Assembly (NCBI GenBank): GCA_963790475.1
Contig: CAWBOS010000006.1
Span: 796,663 to 860,662 of the forward strand
Length of the DNA: 64,000 nucleotides
Direction: 5' to 3'
DNA from: an uncultured delta proteobacterium
GTDB lineage: Bacteria; Desulfobacterota; RBG-13-43-22
The notes beneath the pieces were generated by a model. It did no database searches. It worked only from the letters and a program-made list of their open reading frames with translations, and was not told where the DNA came from. The position numbers and the translations under genes are program-made. Positions within the stretch are counted from its first letter, which is position 1, and every line of letters starts with the position of its first letter. Below, piece by piece: positions 28,201 through 36,513 of this stretch.

Positions 28201-29901
28201 ATTAGCAGTCACCCCTGTGAAGGTGTAAGAGGAGATCACCCCTTGGGATGCGCCATCGACCAGGACGTTGGAAATCGTGTAGCCGCCATTCGGAGCGATG
28301 GTATAGATCTGATTGGCCCCGGACTGGACACTAACCCCCCCCGATGGGGAAATGGATCCACCCGTTCCGGCCGAGGCGGTTATGGTGTAGGTCTTAAGGT
28401 TGAAAGTTGCCGTGACGGAGACAATGGAATTCATCATTACCTGACAGGTAGTCGAATTCCCGGAACAACCGCCGCCGGACCAGCCGCTGAATACGGAATT
28501 GGCATCCGGTAAGGCAGTTAGGGTAACCTGCGTCCCGGAGGAAAAGCTGGTCCCCGTCGGACTGGTCGAAACCGTGCCGCTGCCCGTCCCATTTTTGAAT
28601 ATGTTCAGGGTATAGTTGGGAATGGTTGCGAAGGTTGCGTTGATGGTATGGTTGGCGGCCACCGTTTGAAAAGTGTAAGAGGTGATCGCCCCTTGGGATA
28701 CGCTGTCTACCAGGACACTGGAAATTGTATAGCCGGAATTAGGGGCGATGGTAAAGCTTTGATTGGCCCCGGACTGGACACTAACCCCCCCCGAGGGAGA
28801 AATGGTTCCGCCGGTTCCGGCCGAAGCGGTGATGGTGTAGGTTTTGGGATTGAAGGTGGCGGTCACACTAACATTGGAACTCATGGTCACCTGGCAGGGA
28901 TTTGTATTCCCGGAACAACCGCCGGACCAGCTGCTGAAAATGGAATTGGCATCCGGTGTGGCGGTCAGGGTGACTTTGGTGCCGGCCGGGAAAGAGGATC
29001 CGGTAGGGTCGGTAACAACACTACCGCTGCCCGTCCCGGCTTTGCTTGTCGAAAGGGTATAATAAGTGAGGGCGGCGAATGTTGCGCTTATGGTGTGGTT
29101 GGCACTTACCGCCGAGAAAGTATAGGAAGGGATCGTCCCCTGTGACACCCCGTCCACGGTTACACCAACAATCTTGTAGCCGGAATTAGGAGTGATGGTA
29201 AAGGTCTGATTAGCCCCGGACTGAACGCTGACTCCCCCCGATGGAGAAATGGACCCACCCGTTCCGGCTGAGGCGGTGATGGTGTAAGCAGCCAGGCCGG
29301 TTTCAGTTACCGTGAATACACTCCCGGCGATGGTCAAACTTGCTATCCGGGTGGTCCCGGTGTTGGGAGAAACCGTGTAACTCATCGTCCCGTTTCCCAT
29401 ACCGGACCCGGAATTGACCGTGATCCAGGAGGGAGCCGTCGATGTCCCCCAATTGCAGCCGGCTTGGGAGGTGACCAGGACACTCCCCGATCCCCCGGAA
29501 GCGGCAAAGGAGGCACTTGAAGGGGAAATGGTAAAAGTGCAGGAGGGAACGGAATAGACCACTTCATTGGAGAACCCGCTCGATAGTCCTTGTGTATTAT
29601 AAGCGGTTGCGGCGAAATAGTACGTCGCTCCAATGTTGAGGCCGCTTTGGGTGTAAGTAGTGGCATTACCAACATCAGTTTTCCACTGATAGTTTCCGGA
29701 TGCCGTTCCGTAATAGATGTCATATCCGGCCAAATCCGGTTCGGTGTTGGGGTCCCAGGTGAGCGTAACCTGACTACAATGGCCTTTAGGATAAGGAAAG
29801 ACCAGGAGAACGGCAATAAGGAAAATTGAAAGAAGTGTGGAAAGAAGAATCGACCCGCGGTAATAGGAGCGGTTGGTGAGACAACATTTTTTTGGTATCA
29901 T
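25222..29901 (-). CDS. Large secreted/surface repeat protein (Fn3-like, BACON-like and InlB B-repeat-like domains); putative adhesin
   Basis: Hydrophobic N-terminus; VTLTWDPNTEPDLAGY; repeated YTITASAGTGG.ISPSG and FSGWSGGCSG...CQV units; Ser/Thr/Gly rich. Confidence 0.88.
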   Translation of the reverse strand: MIPKKCCLTNRSYYRGSILLSTLLSIFLIAVLLVFPYPKGHCSQVTLTWDPNTEPDLAGYDIYYGTASGNYQWKTDVGNATTYTQSGLNIGATYYFAATAYNTQGLSSGFSNEVVYSVPSCTFTISPSSASFAASGGSGSVLVTSQAGCNWGTSTAPSWITVNSGSGMGNGTMSYTVSPNTGTTRIASLTIAGSVFTVTETGLAAYTITASAGTGGSISPSGGVSVQSGANQTFTITPNSGYKIVGVTVDGVSQGTIPSYTFSAVSANHTISATFAALTYYTLSTSKAGTGSGSVVTDPTGSSFPAGTKVTLTATPDANSIFSSWSGGCSGNTNPCQVTMSSNVSVTATFNPKTYTITASAGTGGTISPSGGVSVQSGANQSFTIAPNSGYTISSVLVDSVSQGAITSYTFQTVAANHTINATFATIPNYTLNIFKNGTGSGTVSTSPTGTSFSSGTQVTLTALPDANSVFSGWSGGGCSGNSTTCQVMMNSIVSVTATFNLKTYTITASAGTGGSISPSGGVSVQSGANQIYTIAPNGGYTISNVLVDGASQGVISSYTFTGVTANHTISATFTTIPNYNLNIFKNGTGSGTVSTSPTGASFSSGTQVTLTALPDANSVFSGWSGGGCSGNSTTCQVMMNSIVSVTATFNLKTYTITASAGTGGSISPSGVTNVQSGANQSFTIAPNSGYTISNVLVDGASQGVISSYTFTGVTANHTISATFTTIPNYNLNIFKNGTGSGTVSTSPTGASFSSGTQVTLTALPDANSVFSGWSGGGCSGNSTTCQVMMNSIVSVTATFNLKTYTITASAGTGGTISPSGGVSVQSGANQSFTIAPNSGYTISSVLVDSVSQGAITSYTFQTVAANHTINATFATIPNYTLNIFKNGTGSGSVVTDPTGSSFPAGTKVTLTAAPDANSTFGGWSGACSGSTTTCQVAMNSNVSVTATFSAVLNPPMVATGSATLIPSSSAQLNGTVNPKGLSTTYVFQWGRTTSYGSTTAVTPAGSGTSDVASSANITRLRSNTVYHYRLKATNSAGTTYGVDKSFTNNNNQIYTITATAGTGGAISPSGEISVQSGANQTFTIAANAGYKIANLTVDRVSRGAISSYTFSTVNANHTIVASFVSNTYTLTITNAGTGSGSVSSNPTGTSFPAGTQVTLTASPDSNSVFNGWSGGCSGMSTTCQVTMNANVSVTAIFNSSTATNPPTVVTGSATLIPSSSAQLNGTVNPKGLSTTYVFQWGRTTSYGSTTAVTTVGSGTSDVASSANITRLRSNTVYHYRLKATNSAGTTYGVDKSFTNNNNQIYTITATAGTGGAISPSGGISVQSGANQTFTIAANAGYKIANVTVDEVSQGAIASYTFSAVSANHTISATFSTITNYTLTVSKVGTGSGSVSVNPTGTTFPSGTAVTLTTSPDSNSVFNGWSGGCSGMSTTCQVTMNANVSVTATFSLSTGINQPMVVTGSATLVPWSSATLNGTVNPNGLSTTYVFQWGRTTSYGNNTTVTSSGSGTSNMAVSAGITRLSSYTVYHYRLVATNSAGTTYGSDRSFKTKFTGIRK
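27190..28990. repeat. About four tandem 450 bp near-identical intragenic repeats (boundaries approximate), plus a 753 bp-period duplication at ~25.6-27.0 kb
   Basis: Shadow ORFs recur at 27298/27748/28198/28648 (450 bp period) and 25795/26548 (753 bp period). Confidence 0.9.
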
Positions 29902-29967
29902 GACAGCATCCCCATTCTCAAGCAAGAAGGTTATTATTCAAACACCAGCTACAGCATGAGGATGCTG

Positions 29968-30062
29968 TGCCTGGCAACCCTGCTGCCATGTCTTACTTAA
30001 TGTAAGACTTAGGCCAGTGGCTTTGCGTCCCACCCTTTCGAGTGGTTTGCCCTTTTCAGACT
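29968..30062 (-). ncRNA. c-di-GMP-I (GEMM) riboswitch
   Basis: Minus strand GGGCAAACCACTC-GAAA-GGGTGGGACGCAAAGCCACTGGCCTAA...ATGGCAGCAGGGTTGCC, P1 GTCTG/CAGGC; in the 5' leader of the surface protein. Confidence 0.92.
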
Positions 30063-30082
30063 TGGATTCCAGTATTCATTAA

Positions 30083-30098
30083 AGCAAGTAATATGCCA
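30083..30098 (-). promoter_or_regulatory. sigma54 (-24/-12) promoter
   Basis: Minus strand TGGCAT-ATTAC-TTGCT matches TGGCAC-N5-TTGCW, ~20 bp upstream of the riboswitch. Confidence 0.75.
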
Positions 30099-30487
30099 AG
30101 AATGATAACCGGTAATCGATTGAAAACATAAAAAGTATTATTTTTACTAAGATTAATAAGGCAAATAATTGGTCAAAACCTGACAAAATTCGTAATTTTT
30201 CTATCTAAAATGCTCCCTTCAAATTCTTTTATCTTTGAAATCAGATTACCATGGTCATAAACCCAAGTATAAAAACAAAGAGTATACCCGTCCTTTGCTT
30301 CCATCGATCTTCTTGAGGAAGAGATAAATATTTTTTAGAAGGGAGGGTTGGTGTGAATAATCGTTGGATTAAACCTGCAGGGATGCGGAGAGGTTGCCCC
30401 TTATTAGAGTCTTATAATAGGTTTGATATGAGAATTAAGAGTCCCCACTCAATGGGATCGGGATCCAAAACCTGTTAAAGACAACGG

Positions 30488-31738
30488 TCATAATCGCTGA
30501 AGGAGATAGAGGTAGAGAGGCCGGAGGCTTCTCATCTTCAGTTCCTTAAATCGCCGCAATAGTTCTGTACGGCCTTCACGGCTTAAAGGGGACAAGTAGA
30601 GGGCCCCTTTATCAAAATAATGAGGAAAATAATCTTGCGTGAGCCGGGATAATGCTTCCCAGTGTCCGGATGGTAATTTTGTGTCAATCACGAAATTGGC
30701 GGTTATTTCCAGACGATCATATTTTCGGTTGATTTCCGACAGGTGGAGAAAAGCCTCCTCCACCTTCGCCGCCCTCAGCGGTTTCCCCAACAGGTCAAGG
30801 GTCTCCTGGTCGGCTGATTCCAATCCCAGGTTCAAATAGGTCCGGTAGGGTAATTGGTTTAAGGCCTCAAAAACGTTTTCTTTGGATTTCAAAAACGAAT
30901 CCACACTGCCGAAGAGAAAAAGAAAGCACTCCTCCAGGTAGGACCGTTTGAAATCCAGTCGTTCATAGGCTTGCAGGGCGGCACTAACAATCCGGTCGCA
31001 GCCGCAGTTCAGGGCATCATGCTGGCCTAAAAAGAGACTGTTGTAATTGCGAAGATCCGGCCCGTAGAGGTCTTTGAGCTTGGTGAGCTGTTCCAGGATA
31101 TCCTGGCTGGAACGGACTTGAAAACCCTGATTGGACTTGACCCGGCAAAAAGAGCAATGATACAGGCACCCATCGGAAATATTCAAGGGAATGCAATCAT
31201 AATCCACATGCCGGCTATCCGGAGGAAGAACGCTGACGCATCCTTTAAGCAGGGCTCTCAGCTGTGCCGCCCTTTCTGTCAGCATCGGGTCATCCATGGT
31301 TATGGCTTTTAGCAGAAACGTTTTTTCTTCTGTCGTCCAGTGATTTGTTTCTAAGGCATTCCTCAATTCCTTTGACAGGTGATGGAAAGCTGAAAGGGCT
31401 CTCTGCACCGAGGCCTCCTGGAAAGGGTCGGCCTTCCCAAGATGGTTTGATTGATAGGTAAAATAAGGAAGGTAATATTCTCCCAGGTAATCAAGAACCT
31501 GGTTATAGCCATCGCTGTCATAATATACCCAATGGTTCCCGGCGGTTCGTTTCAGCCATTCGGAAGGATGAGGCCAGTTCCGCCCGGTTCCCTGGAGATA
31601 CTTGATTTCTCCATTGAGATTGAATTGAAAACAATGGTCGGGGGTGGTGATCTCCGCTAACCGCCCATAACGGATCGGATAGCTGACCTTGTCGTACTTC
31701 GTGGCCGTAGGGATATTCAGTTTGAGATCAATTTTCAT
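30488..31738 (-). CDS. Radical SAM protein
   Basis: CxxxCxxC (CLYHCSFC), LNLGLESAD. Confidence 0.85.
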   Translation of the reverse strand: MKIDLKLNIPTATKYDKVSYPIRYGRLAEITTPDHCFQFNLNGEIKYLQGTGRNWPHPSEWLKRTAGNHWVYYDSDGYNQVLDYLGEYYLPYFTYQSNHLGKADPFQEASVQRALSAFHHLSKELRNALETNHWTTEEKTFLLKAITMDDPMLTERAAQLRALLKGCVSVLPPDSRHVDYDCIPLNISDGCLYHCSFCRVKSNQGFQVRSSQDILEQLTKLKDLYGPDLRNYNSLFLGQHDALNCGCDRIVSAALQAYERLDFKRSYLEECFLFLFGSVDSFLKSKENVFEALNQLPYRTYLNLGLESADQETLDLLGKPLRAAKVEEAFLHLSEINRKYDRLEITANFVIDTKLPSGHWEALSRLTQDYFPHYFDKGALYLSPLSREGRTELLRRFKELKMRSLRPLYLYLLQRL

Positions 31739-31836
31739 AAAAAATTACAGCGAAAATTCCGGCCGGGGATCTCCCTGACTGCCGAAACATCGGAAAAGAA
31801 AGGGATGCTGTTCCTGGACGATGGTCCGCGCGGTTA

Positions 31837-32313
31837 TTAACCTCGGTCTTCGAATTCATAGAGTTTGTCAATCGCAAATTCCAAGGCCTTATTGCACTTC
31901 TCCCGCCAGATATTGGATTCCCGGAATTTTTTATTCTCCTCGGGATCAGAGGTATTGAAGCCGATCAGGTCCCGGCAGATGATGGTGCCGAATTTCTGTT
32001 CAAACCCTTTGACCAGTTCCTGAGTCAAGGCACGGATTTTGGTCCTGGCCGGTTTGGCCTGTTCCTTGTCCTGAAGGGAACAGCGATGCCGCAGTCCCAG
32101 AAAGACGGCTGAAGAAGAGACCACGCCGCAGGGGGCTTGTTGCTGACCGGCGATACCTCCCAGAAAGGGGATGCCGGCCCAGAGAAAATCCTCATTTCTA
32201 AGGTCACAAGTTTCCCACATAACTTGCAGGATAGCCGGGCCTCAATGGTATCCTTTGGGCATAAGTTCCAGGGCACGGGCTTTGGCCTCATCGCCGGATA
32301 ATTTAAGGGTCAT
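31837..32313 (-). CDS. C-GCAxxG-C-C family redox protein, predicted selenoprotein (158 aa, UGA at codon 24)
   Basis: RBS GGAGG and ATG 32313 in frame with ORF 31837-32220; reads ...GYH-UGA(32242-32244)-GPAILQVMWE; GG...PCG, CRDL and late Cys motifs; hairpin downstream of UGA. Confidence 0.8.
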
Positions 32314-32566
32314 TAATCAATCCTCCCTCTTGAATTTCCAAAAGTAACATGGAATTTGCCAAGTATAGGAGATGAATCAAGAAGGATCAAGAGGAATAAT
32401 CTCTCCGGTGTCAGGTAAGCCGGAATGATCTTTTTCCCTTGACATGAAAAGAGAGATGGGCGTCAATTAAACCGGTGTAGTTGTCACTATTCCGGGTGCA
32501 GCAATCAATCAGTAAATGAATCGAAAGAAAGATCCGGGTATCGGATTATAACGAGGAAAGAAGCTG

Positions 32567-33271
32567 ATGGCTCACAAAAATTTACATGGCGGCTCAACTA
32601 ACTGGTGGCCGCCCTGCGGGGACCATGTGATCTTGTATAGGGCTAATCCGCTTCGTTTCGAACATTTTGACCGATACCTGAAAGGCTGGGACGGCGTTAA
32701 AGTACTGGATGTGGGCTGCGGCGGAGGGTATGCCTGTGAATATCTTGCCAGACGCCAGGCAGAGGTCTTCGGCACGGACATCCTGGCAGAATCCCTCCAG
32801 GAGGCCGACGACCATGCCGCACAGGAAAATCTTGAAATCGATTATCGCCTGTGCACCCCTGAACGACTGCCTTTCAACGATCAGGAGATGGATGTCGTCA
32901 CCTGTTTTGATGTGTTGGAACACATACCCGATAAGAGGCATACCCTCAGCGAGATTCACCGGGTGCTCAAGCCGGGGGGATGGTTGTTTTTTGATACGCT
33001 GAATAAAACCTTTTGGTCCAAGGTGGGTGCGATCTGGCTTGGTGAAATCCTGCTCAGATTCATCCCTCGAGGGACTCATCATGGGCATCTTTTTATCCGC
33101 CCGGAAGATCTGAAAATTCTTTTGGAGAGTTCAGGATTTGCAAGCGTAGAATTTGGCGGGGTGAGATTAGCCTGGGGCGCCCGGTCGAAGAACGGCTTTC
33201 CCGCACGAATTGTACCTCAAGGTAACACTACCATCATTTATTTCGGAGCGGCCAGGAAGCCGACTTCTTGA
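32567..33271 (+). CDS. ubiG: UbiG-like O-methyltransferase
   Basis: NPLRF, VLDVGCGGG, DVLEH, LKPGG, PRGTH, FIRPE. Confidence 0.7.
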   Translation: MAHKNLHGGSTNWWPPCGDHVILYRANPLRFEHFDRYLKGWDGVKVLDVGCGGGYACEYLARRQAEVFGTDILAESLQEADDHAAQENLEIDYRLCTPERLPFNDQEMDVVTCFDVLEHIPDKRHTLSEIHRVLKPGGWLFFDTLNKTFWSKVGAIWLGEILLRFIPRGTHHGHLFIRPEDLKILLESSGFASVEFGGVRLAWGARSKNGFPARIVPQGNTTIIYFGAARKPTS

Positions 33272-33374
33272 GACAGAATTAATAGATCATCAGTCGCCCT
33301 GGCCCTGTTCTTATCCATCAGCCATAGCTTTCACTTCAGATAGGACATCAAAAAAGCTAGAAAATAGAAATATC

Positions 33375-33417
33375 TTGACATAACATAAATGTTTAGTAAT
33401 ATAAAAACATATATGTG
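33375..33417 (+). promoter_or_regulatory. sigma70 promoter with paired operator palindromes
   Basis: TTGACA-N16-TAATAT; AACATAAATGTT in the spacer and AACATATATGTG downstream. Confidence 0.55.
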
Positions 33418-33444
33418 TTTATAATTACTTCCAAGGAGAAAAAA

Positions 33445-34077
33445 GTGAATTATAATACCAAGGCGGTTTCTAAAATCATCAGCTTGACTCCAAGGCAAAT
33501 TGATTATTGGGATAAAACCCATTTTATTAAACCTTCAACAGAGGAAGCCTCGGGGTACGGAAGCGTCCGATTATATTCTTTTGAAGATCTCGTCCGGTTA
33601 AAAATTGCCAAGACCCTTATCGACAAAGGAATCAGCCTACAAAAGATCAGAAAAGCCATAACCTTTCTGAAGAAAAATATGCCTAATATTGAAAATCCTC
33701 TTTTTGATCTAAAATTTTTGACGGACGGGGAAACCATTTTTGTCCTGACGAAGAATTCCCGGGAAATTATCGATACCCTGAAAAACGGGCAATTGGTTTT
33801 TTCAGTGTCCCTTGGGGCAATCATTGAGGAGCTGAAGGGGGAAGTCAAAGCCCTTCACGATCAAAGAAATTATCAGGTTACCGTTGGGAAAAAGAGATAT
33901 CCGGTCGTCCTTCATGCTGATGTCGAGGATGGGGGATATTGGGTGGAGTGTCCCGAAATACCTGGATGCGCCTCTCAGGGGGATACAGTCGAAGAGGCTC
34001 TTGCCATGATAAAGGATGCCATCCAAGGATGCTCGGAGTGTAAACCCAACAAGAAGAGGTTAGCCAAGGTCTCATGA
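33445..34077 (+). CDS. MerR-type HTH protein fused to a C-terminal HicB-like antitoxin domain
   Basis: LTPRQIDYWD...GYGSVRLYSFEDL...GISLQKIR; C-terminal EDGGYWVECPEIPGCASQGDTVEEAL; RBS AAGGAG before GTG 33445. Confidence 0.85.
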   Translation: MNYNTKAVSKIISLTPRQIDYWDKTHFIKPSTEEASGYGSVRLYSFEDLVRLKIAKTLIDKGISLQKIRKAITFLKKNMPNIENPLFDLKFLTDGETIFVLTKNSREIIDTLKNGQLVFSVSLGAIIEELKGEVKALHDQRNYQVTVGKKRYPVVLHADVEDGGYWVECPEIPGCASQGDTVEEALAMIKDAIQGCSECKPNKKRLAKVS

Positions 34078-34358
34078 CGGACCTGCATAACCTTAAACCG
34101 GAAAGGGTTATCAGGGCTTTTATACGGGATGGATGGCAAAAAGAAGGACAGACCGGAAGCCATGTAATTCTATCCAAAGAGGGACATCCCTGTATCTTAT
34201 CGATTCCTGTTCATAAGGCAAAACCGGTTAAGCAAGGTTTAATGAGAAAATTGATAGAGATGTCAGGGATGACAGCCCGGCATTTGGGGCAGGTCCAGGG
34301 GATCAACCTTCCCGGATCATGTCCGGGACAGGCTGTGTCAAAGACCGGAGAGTCTTAG
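34074..34358 (+). CDS. hicA: HicA family toxin with an aberrant C-terminus
   Basis: GW...QTGSHVIL...IPVH...K.G motif; ATGA overlap with the upstream gene. Confidence 0.8.
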   Translation: MTDLHNLKPERVIRAFIRDGWQKEGQTGSHVILSKEGHPCILSIPVHKAKPVKQGLMRKLIEMSGMTARHLGQVQGINLPGSCPGQAVSKTGES

Positions 34359-34456
34359 CCCCAATAAAGTTTTTACCTTTACAACCAAAATAATCCGGTT
34401 ATAATTATTACCGGATAACCCCATAACTGGTAATAATTTCGATCGGAGTGAAACGA

Positions 34457-35630
34457 ATGCTCGAGACAATTAAATCACTCATCCTGGATTTCCAGCGGTG
34501 TCTCCAAAGAGAATCTCCTTTATCTGAATTTTTTCGATGACCGGCTTCACCCTTTACGCTGGGAGAGGCTGGGTTTGATCAGCGAGGCTTATTATTTCCT
34601 CTATCCGGAAAAGGAAAATACAGAAACGGTCTATTGCTTTTTCGATGAAATTCAGTCCATTTCGGATTGGGAACCCTTTATCGACCGGCTATTGCGGACG
34701 GGAAAATGCGAGATCTATATTACCGGTTCTTCCGCCCGGATGCTTTCCAGGGAAATCGCCACCCAAATGCGCAGACGGGCCTTATCATGGGAATTGTTTC
34801 CCTTTTCCTTCCAGGAATTCCTGGATTATAAAGGGATCACCGGGTCAGGTTTCCTGTCTACTAAAAAACAACTCCTAATCCGTAAGGCTTTCGATGAGTA
34901 CTGGGAAAAGGGTGGGTTTCTGGAAGTGACCGGCCTTAGTCGCAACCTGAGAATCAAGATCCACCAGGAATATTTTAACACCATTCTGTTCAGGGACCTG
35001 GTAGAGCGTCATGATATTCCCCATCCTAAGGCCGTGTCTGATCTCGGCCATTGGCTGGTGGACAATACGGCCTCACTGTATTCCGTCAATAATCTTACAG
35101 GATATTTAAAATCATTAGGCCATAAAGTCCCCAAGTCGTCGGTCTCAGACTATCTGGTTTGGTTCGAAGATGCCTATTTTTTATTCAAAGTCCGATTATT
35201 TGATGCCTCATTGGTCCGCAGTAATACCAACCCTAAGAAGATCTATTGCGTCGATCACGCCCTGATCACTTCGGTGTCGTCGGGGATACTCCTTAACTAT
35301 GGACACCTTCTCGAAAACCTCGTATTCACAGCCCTCCGACGTCAATATCCAGAGATCTGCTACTATAAGACAAAATCCGGACGGGAGGTTGATTTTATCG
35401 TCCCCCAACGAAGCCGTTCACGAATGCTGGTCCAGGTTTGTGAATCCCTGGTTGAACTGCAAACCAGAAAACGTGAGATATCGTCACTAAGCGAAGCGAT
35501 GTCCGAGTTGGGCCAAAAAACCGGCACCATCGTAACAAAAAACGAAGACGATCGGATTAAGATCGAGAGCGGCGTCATTGATGTGGTTCCGATATGGCAC
35601 TTTCTGTTCGCCCTATCGGAGCAAGGCTAA
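34457..35630 (+). pseudogene. AAA_14/DUF4143 ATP-binding protein with an internal deletion removing Walker A
   Basis: ATG 34457 MLETIKSLILDFQ jumps out of frame to GVSKENLLYLNFFDDRL; keeps FDEIQ, ITGSS, LLEN, EVDF but has no GxxxxGK(S/T). Confidence 0.75.
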
Positions 35631-35644
35631 ACTCGAGGACGGCA

Positions 35645-36271
35645 GTGAAGATCAGAGTCGATTTTCGAGAAAGGGTATCAGGGATCATTGATTTACTCCG
35701 AGGGGAGGAAGTCACTCTGGAAATCAGCAAAATACCTTATGGTGATTACATTATCAATGAGGCTATTACTATCGAGAGAAAAACCGCACGAGATTTTCTC
35801 ATTTCAATAATCGACGGCCGACTATTCAATCAGCTTTCCAATCTTAAAAAAAACTGTATTCATCCCTTGCTGCTTATTGAGGGTAACCCCTTTGAAACCG
35901 ATTTGCAATTCGATCCCATGGCGATCAAGGGGGCATTGGTATCCACTCAGGCCATATGGTACATTCCCATTGTATCTTCCGAATCCATCCAGGAAACAAA
36001 AAATATTCTTTTGATGATGGGCCGACAAGTTGAAACCTATTCGGATGTGGTACCCCTCCGGGGTGGGTATCGGCCAAAGCGATTAAAATCCCGACAACTG
36101 TATATCCTGCAAGGACTTCCACAAGTGGGGCCTACGGTGGCCAGGAGGCTTTTGGAGCATTTCGGTTCTGTCTCAAAAATGATGCAGGCCTCGATTGAGG
36201 AACTAATGAGGGTGGAAGGGATAGGAAAGGCCTCCGCCAAGAAAATCAGAGACATCTTGGATGCGGAATGA
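35645..36271 (+). CDS. ERCC4/XPF-like nuclease domain with C-terminal helix-hairpin-helix
   Basis: VDFRE, GDY, ERKT..DF..SIIDGRL..Q; HhH motifs LPQVGP and VEGIG. Confidence 0.88.
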   Translation: MKIRVDFRERVSGIIDLLRGEEVTLEISKIPYGDYIINEAITIERKTARDFLISIIDGRLFNQLSNLKKNCIHPLLLIEGNPFETDLQFDPMAIKGALVSTQAIWYIPIVSSESIQETKNILLMMGRQVETYSDVVPLRGGYRPKRLKSRQLYILQGLPQVGPTVARRLLEHFGSVSKMMQASIEELMRVEGIGKASAKKIRDILDAE

Positions 36272-36513
36272 AATACGAGTGATTTAGGGACACCGATTAA
36301 AAGGTCATGGCCAGCGAAAATTTTTTCTCCATAAAAATAAGCACTTGGCAAAGATTAAATATTCGACCCCAAAATCGAAGTCACCGTTTTTTTGAGTCCG
36401 GTAGGCTTTGCCAAAGGGTTAATTGGGAATTCCTATTCTTCTTTCTCTAAAATCAATTCAGAAACTACGTCCCTTTCGGTCCTCATGTGGGACGGCTTTA
36501 AAGGGAGACTCTT

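Noticed and set aside
27190-28990. Regular repeats as a CRISPR array
   Set aside because: Units are 450 bp, in frame and coding; no short repeat-spacer pattern and no cas genes in the window.
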